The position numbers and the translations under genes were made by a program. Below the pieces are notes generated by a model. It was not told where the DNA came from. It searched no databases and was given only the letters and a program-made list of their open reading frames with translations. Below are positions 59,681-64,000 of a stretch of DNA of 64,000 nt, piece after piece (the first letter of the stretch is position 1; the number at the start of each line of letters is the position of its first letter). This stretch comes from Monocercomonoides exilis PA203 (taxonomy: Eukaryota; Protista; Preaxostyla). The stretch covers positions 1,282,701 through 1,346,700 of the forward strand of contig LSRY02000023.1 of the NCBI GenBank assembly GCA_001643675.2, in the 5' to 3' direction.

Positions 59681-62194
59681 TTGTTAGAAGTTGATATATG
59701 TTTTATTTTCTCTTTAGGAAGAAACGATGCAATTCGAAGAGGTAGACAAAAGTGTTCAAACAAAGTCGAAGAAGAAGTTGGAGGAGTGTATTCACCATCA
59801 CAGCCTGGTTTCTTTTCACCACCGTCATATCGTCCGTCTGTTCCCAGCCAGTACCAGTCATCAAGTTATCCGTCTCAAAGGGAACATCTGACTTCTCGTT
59901 CAATGTCTCTTTCAAATCAACGTTTAGCTGAACCGTTCAACAGTGATGAACATCCAGCAATTAGCAACAACATATACACATCAGTTTTACCTCCACGGGC
60001 TCAAACACCAGATTCAGGTTTTCATTTCAATAAAATGACAGCAATGCAACGTCCATTTAGATCTATTTCACCACCAAGATATCGTTCATCTGACCAAATT
60101 ACATTCAGTTATCCACCATCAACATATCAACATAATCCTCACACAAGATCAACTTCATGCTCGAATGATTCGTTTTCTGATATGAACACATATCAAACAC
60201 CTTCAACTGGACATTATTCAGCTTCTCCATATCCGAACAGATTTCAAAGTTCCAATGATGACAATGTGCTTGGTCAAAATTCTTCTATGCAGCATTTCTC
60301 ACGATCAATTTCACCTTTCAACTATCGATATTCAGAGTCACCATCACAAACACCATCTATGTGTTATGTTTCACAATCTCCATCGAGTTCGATCTCTCTA
60401 TATCCTGACACAAGATCAGTTTCATTGTTCACAACGTATTCTCAGCCATCAACTTCATTGTCTCCAGTTCATTGGGAACCTCCTGCATCAACTCCAGAAT
60501 CAAGCAGTGCATCACCAGAACCCATTTCTCCGAATCCATATCTTCCTCCACCAGCAGATGCAACAGTTGATATTCCACCACCATTAACGGAAAATGATAA
60601 CCATGATGAACAGTCGAAGACATGCAAAAATCTTTCTCACTACTGTTCAAGATCAATATCTCCAGTGCGAAAAGAATCATATTGCAATACAACGTTGCAT
60701 ACTCAGCCATTCTCATTGTCTGTTCCTCCTTCTTTCTATCCACACAGTAGTTCCAACTTTTCTGATATGCAGTCTTCAACATCACACATTGACATTATGA
60801 AACACCAAACTTCAATAAATCCAACTTTAGCAAATAAATCTTTCACCTTCAGCAATTGTTACACATTGACACCTCTGACAAGTTCAGATCGTGCTGTTTC
60901 GTCTTTGCCATTTGTTCCATCAACTCAAAATAGACTAATGGCCAGTGACACCTCACACATTGCAAATCATCATTCGAATAGACCAATGTCTCCCCTACGT
61001 CATTCGACAACTGCGCAATTCCATTCATACGATGATGTGATCACCACACCTTCACTAATAACTGTTGAACGATATAGATCATTGGAAAACAGTTTGGGTT
61101 CGCAACAAAGACAAAAAGAAGTGTCATTTCAAAATATAACTTCAATAACTGAATGGTTGTTTCATATGTCTTCTGATGACACACTTCCCAAGCTTGATTA
61201 CAACTCAACACAATTGTACAGTTACCCTGACCAAAAATCACTTGATTGTGTCAGGCAATATGCTCATAAAAGCATTTATCCTCGACCGTTGTTCTTGTCA
61301 CGAAAAGAAGACTTGGATCTCAACTGCAAAAAAGGAAGAACAGTTGAGGAAAAAGCAAGAGAAGGGAACAACAACCATGACAATTCAATTCCTGTGTTGG
61401 AAACATGTTCACAAACACAATCAACAGCAACACCTCTTCCATTTGAAAACGAAATGATTCACTCAGATCCTTTCATGTCTGAAATGGAAGGTGAGAGTTC
61501 AAATGATGATAATGATTCTATTGATGATTTTGTTTCTCAGTTGGCAGCAATCGATGATAACACTTATGAAACAACTTCTCAAGAAAATCATGTTGAAATC
61601 AACAATGAATTATTAACATCAACTTCAAACGTTTGTGAGTTTAATGATACCTTGACACACACTGATAATGATGATAGTGAAGATTGGACTAATCTCAGAT
61701 ATGTGGATCAACTCGCAACACTTTCAAAATCAAAAGACAAGAGAGAAAACTCTGAAAGTGAAAGAGATCAAAAGACAAAACGAATTCCACATTTCAAAAT
61801 CACAAACAAATTCGTTGAAGGTCATCAATACTCCACTGCTCCTTTCCCTTCTGCATCTGCTTGCGTTTCTTTGCATGGTCTCTCAAAAGAAGCTTTATCA
61901 TCGAATCGTTTTGTCGAATACATTCCATCTCCGGAAGAGTTGAATTCGTTAAACAATTCAGATGAAATTAGTGATGCAAACAATAAGCAACAAAATGAAA
62001 CAGTCATGAAAGTGAAGAGACAAAGAGGAAGACCAAAAAAGAAAAGTGTTTTGAAGAGGAATACATGTCAAGTGAAAGAAATCAACTGTCAAATATCAAA
62101 CAATGATAATCTGAAAGTTACGGGTGAGAAAGATGTATTTGAATATGTGAATTCTCAAGAAACTTTACAACCAAGAAAAGCCAAACTAGGTTAG
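59681..62194 (+). CDS. Ser/Pro/Thr-rich hypothetical protein with AT-hook-like motif, ending in the telomere (probably a terminal exon)
   Basis: 837-codon open frame; likely acceptor CTCTTTAG at ~59718; KRQRGRPKK near the C-terminus; TAG stop is part of the first telomeric repeat. Confidence 0.6.
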   Translation: MLEVDICFIFSLGRNDAIRRGRQKCSNKVEEEVGGVYSPSQPGFFSPPSYRPSVPSQYQSSSYPSQREHLTSRSMSLSNQRLAEPFNSDEHPAISNNIYTSVLPPRAQTPDSGFHFNKMTAMQRPFRSISPPRYRSSDQITFSYPPSTYQHNPHTRSTSCSNDSFSDMNTYQTPSTGHYSASPYPNRFQSSNDDNVLGQNSSMQHFSRSISPFNYRYSESPSQTPSMCYVSQSPSSSISLYPDTRSVSLFTTYSQPSTSLSPVHWEPPASTPESSSASPEPISPNPYLPPPADATVDIPPPLTENDNHDEQSKTCKNLSHYCSRSISPVRKESYCNTTLHTQPFSLSVPPSFYPHSSSNFSDMQSSTSHIDIMKHQTSINPTLANKSFTFSNCYTLTPLTSSDRAVSSLPFVPSTQNRLMASDTSHIANHHSNRPMSPLRHSTTAQFHSYDDVITTPSLITVERYRSLENSLGSQQRQKEVSFQNITSITEWLFHMSSDDTLPKLDYNSTQLYSYPDQKSLDCVRQYAHKSIYPRPLFLSRKEDLDLNCKKGRTVEEKAREGNNNHDNSIPVLETCSQTQSTATPLPFENEMIHSDPFMSEMEGESSNDDNDSIDDFVSQLAAIDDNTYETTSQENHVEINNELLTSTSNVCEFNDTLTHTDNDDSEDWTNLRYVDQLATLSKSKDKRENSESERDQKTKRIPHFKITNKFVEGHQYSTAPFPSASACVSLHGLSKEALSSNRFVEYIPSPEELNSLNNSDEISDANNKQQNETVMKVKRQRGRPKKKSVLKRNTCQVKEINCQISNNDNLKVTGEKDVFEYVNSQETLQPRKAKLG

Positions 62195-64000
62195 GGTTAG
62201 GGTTAGGGTTAGGTTAGGGTTAGGGTTAGGGTTAGGGTTAGGGTTAGGGTTAGGGTTAGGGTTAGGGTTAGGGTTAGGGTTAGGGTTAGGGTTAGGGTTA
62301 GGGTTAGGGTTAGGGTTAGGGTTAGGGTTAGGGTTAGGGTTAGGGTTAGGTTAGGTTAGGGTTAGGGTTAGGGTTAGGGTTAGGGTTAGGGTTAGGGTTA
62401 GGGTTAGGGTTAGGGTTAGGGTTAGGGTTAGGGTTAGGGTTAGGGTTAGGGTTAGGGTTAGGGTTAGGGTTAGGGTTAGGGTTAGGGTTAGGGTTAGGGG
62501 TTAGGGTTAGGGTTAGGGTTAGGGGTTAGGGTTAGGGTTAGGGTTAGGGTTAGGGTTAGGGTTAGGGTTAGGGGTTAGGGTTAGGGTTAGGGTTAGGGTT
62601 AGGGTTAGGGTTAGGGTTAGGGTTAGGGGTTAGGGTTAGGGTTAGGGTTAGGGTTAGGGTTAGGGTTAGGGTTAGGGTTAGGGTTAGGGTTAGGGTTAGG
62701 GTTAGGGTTAGGGTTAGGGTTAGGGTTAGGGTTAGGGTTAGGGTTAGGGTTAGGGTTAGGGTTAGGGTTAGGGTTAGGGTTAGGGTTAGGGTTAGGGTTA
62801 GGGTTAGGGTTAGGGTTAGGGTTAGGGTTAGGGTTAGGGTTAGGGTTAGGGTTAGGGTTAGGGTTAGGGTTAGGGTTAGGGTTAGGGTTAGGGTTAGGGT
62901 TAGGTTAGGCTAGGGTTAGGGTTAGGTTAGGTTAGGTTAGGGTTAGGTTAGGTTAGGTTAGGGTTAGGTTAGGGTTAGGGTTAGGTTAGGGTTAGGTTAG
63001 GTTAGGGTTAGGTTAGGTTAGGTTAGGTTAGGTTAGGTTAGGGTTGGGTTAGGGTTAGGGTTAGGTTAGGGTTAGGGTTAGGTTAGGGTTAGGGTTAGGG
63101 TTAGGGTTAGGGTTAGGGTTAGGGTTAGGGTTAGGGTTAGGGTTAGGGTTAGGGTTAGGTTAGGGGTTAGGTTAGGGTTAGGTTAGGGGTTAGGGTTAGG
63201 TTAGGGTTAGGGTTAGGGTTAGGGGTTAGGGTTAGGGTTAGGGTTAGGGTTAGGGTTAGGGGTTAGGGTTAGGGTTAGGGTTAGGTTAGGGTTAGGTTAG
63301 GGTTAGGGTTAGGGTTAGGGTTAGGGTTAGGGTTAGGGTTAGGGTTAGGGTTAGGGTTAGGGTTAGGGTTAGGGTTAGGGTTAGGGTTAGGGTTAGGGTT
63401 AGGTTAGGTTAGGGTTAGGTTAGGTTAGGTTAGGTTAGGGCTAGGTTAGGTTAGGGTTAGGTTAGGTTAGGTTAGGCTAGGGTTAGAGGTTAGGTTAGGT
63501 TAGGGTTAGGGTTAGGTTAGGTTAGGTTAGGTTAGGGGTTAGGTTAGGTTAGGTTAGGTTAGGTTAGGTTAGGTTAGGTTAGGTTAGGTTAGAGGTTAGG
63601 TTAGGTTAGGTTAGGTTAGGGTTAGGGTTAGGTTAGGTTAGGTTAGGGTTAGGGTTAGGGTTAGGGTTAGGGTTAGGGTTAGGGTTAGGGTTAGGGTTAG
63701 GGTTAGGGTTAGGGTTAGGGTTAGGGTTAGGGTTAGGGTTAGGGTTAGGGTTAGGGTTAGGGTTAGGTTAGGTTAGGTTAGGTTAGGTTAGGTTAGGTTA
63801 GGGTTAAGAGGTAGGGTTAGGTTAGGTTAGGTTAGGTTAGAAGTTAGGTTAGGCTAGGTTAGGTTAGGTTAGGTTAGGTTAGGGTTAGGGTTAGGGTTAG
63901 GGTTAGGGTTAGGGTTAGGGTTAGGGTTAGGGTTAGGGTTAGGGTTAGGGTTAGGGTTAGGGGTTAGGGTTAGGTTAGGTTAGGGTTAGGTTAGGTTAGG
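62187..64000 (+). repeat. Telomere (TTAGGG)n with TTAGG/TTAGGGG variants
   Basis: About 1.8 kb of continuous repeats, G-rich strand running 5'->3' toward the window end. Confidence 0.99.

Overview
AT-rich eukaryotic chromosome end with short GT-AG introns, the standard genetic code and a TTAGGG telomere from ~62187 to the window edge. Gene style (Ser/Glu/Lys homopolymer-rich ORFs, a cysteine/GG-rich surface-protein family, the '...EEEGYED' family) suggests an oxymonad such as Monocercomonoides; this is inference only. Host content: a large surface-type protein running off the left edge, tRNA-Leu(CAA), casein kinase 1, an EF-hand protein, ribosomal protein eS1/RPS3A, a 41 x 30-aa tandem-repeat protein, a 2804-aa low-complexity protein, two members of a lineage-specific family, pogo-like and Harbinger/ISL2EU-like DNA transposons, and several MITEs. 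Highlight: a subtelomeric endogenous CRESS (Rep-encoding circular ssDNA) virus locus at ~52.7-56.7 kb. It has intact Rep and Cap ORFs, an accessory ORF, and TWO stem-loop origins carrying TAGTATTAC 2864 nt apart, so a complete unit-length genome could in principle be released by rolling-circle replication. It appears to be a tandem chimera of two related viruses (Reps ~75% identical by hand count). The second Rep and the last host ORF both end at the same CTAGGTTAGG telomere-like junction.
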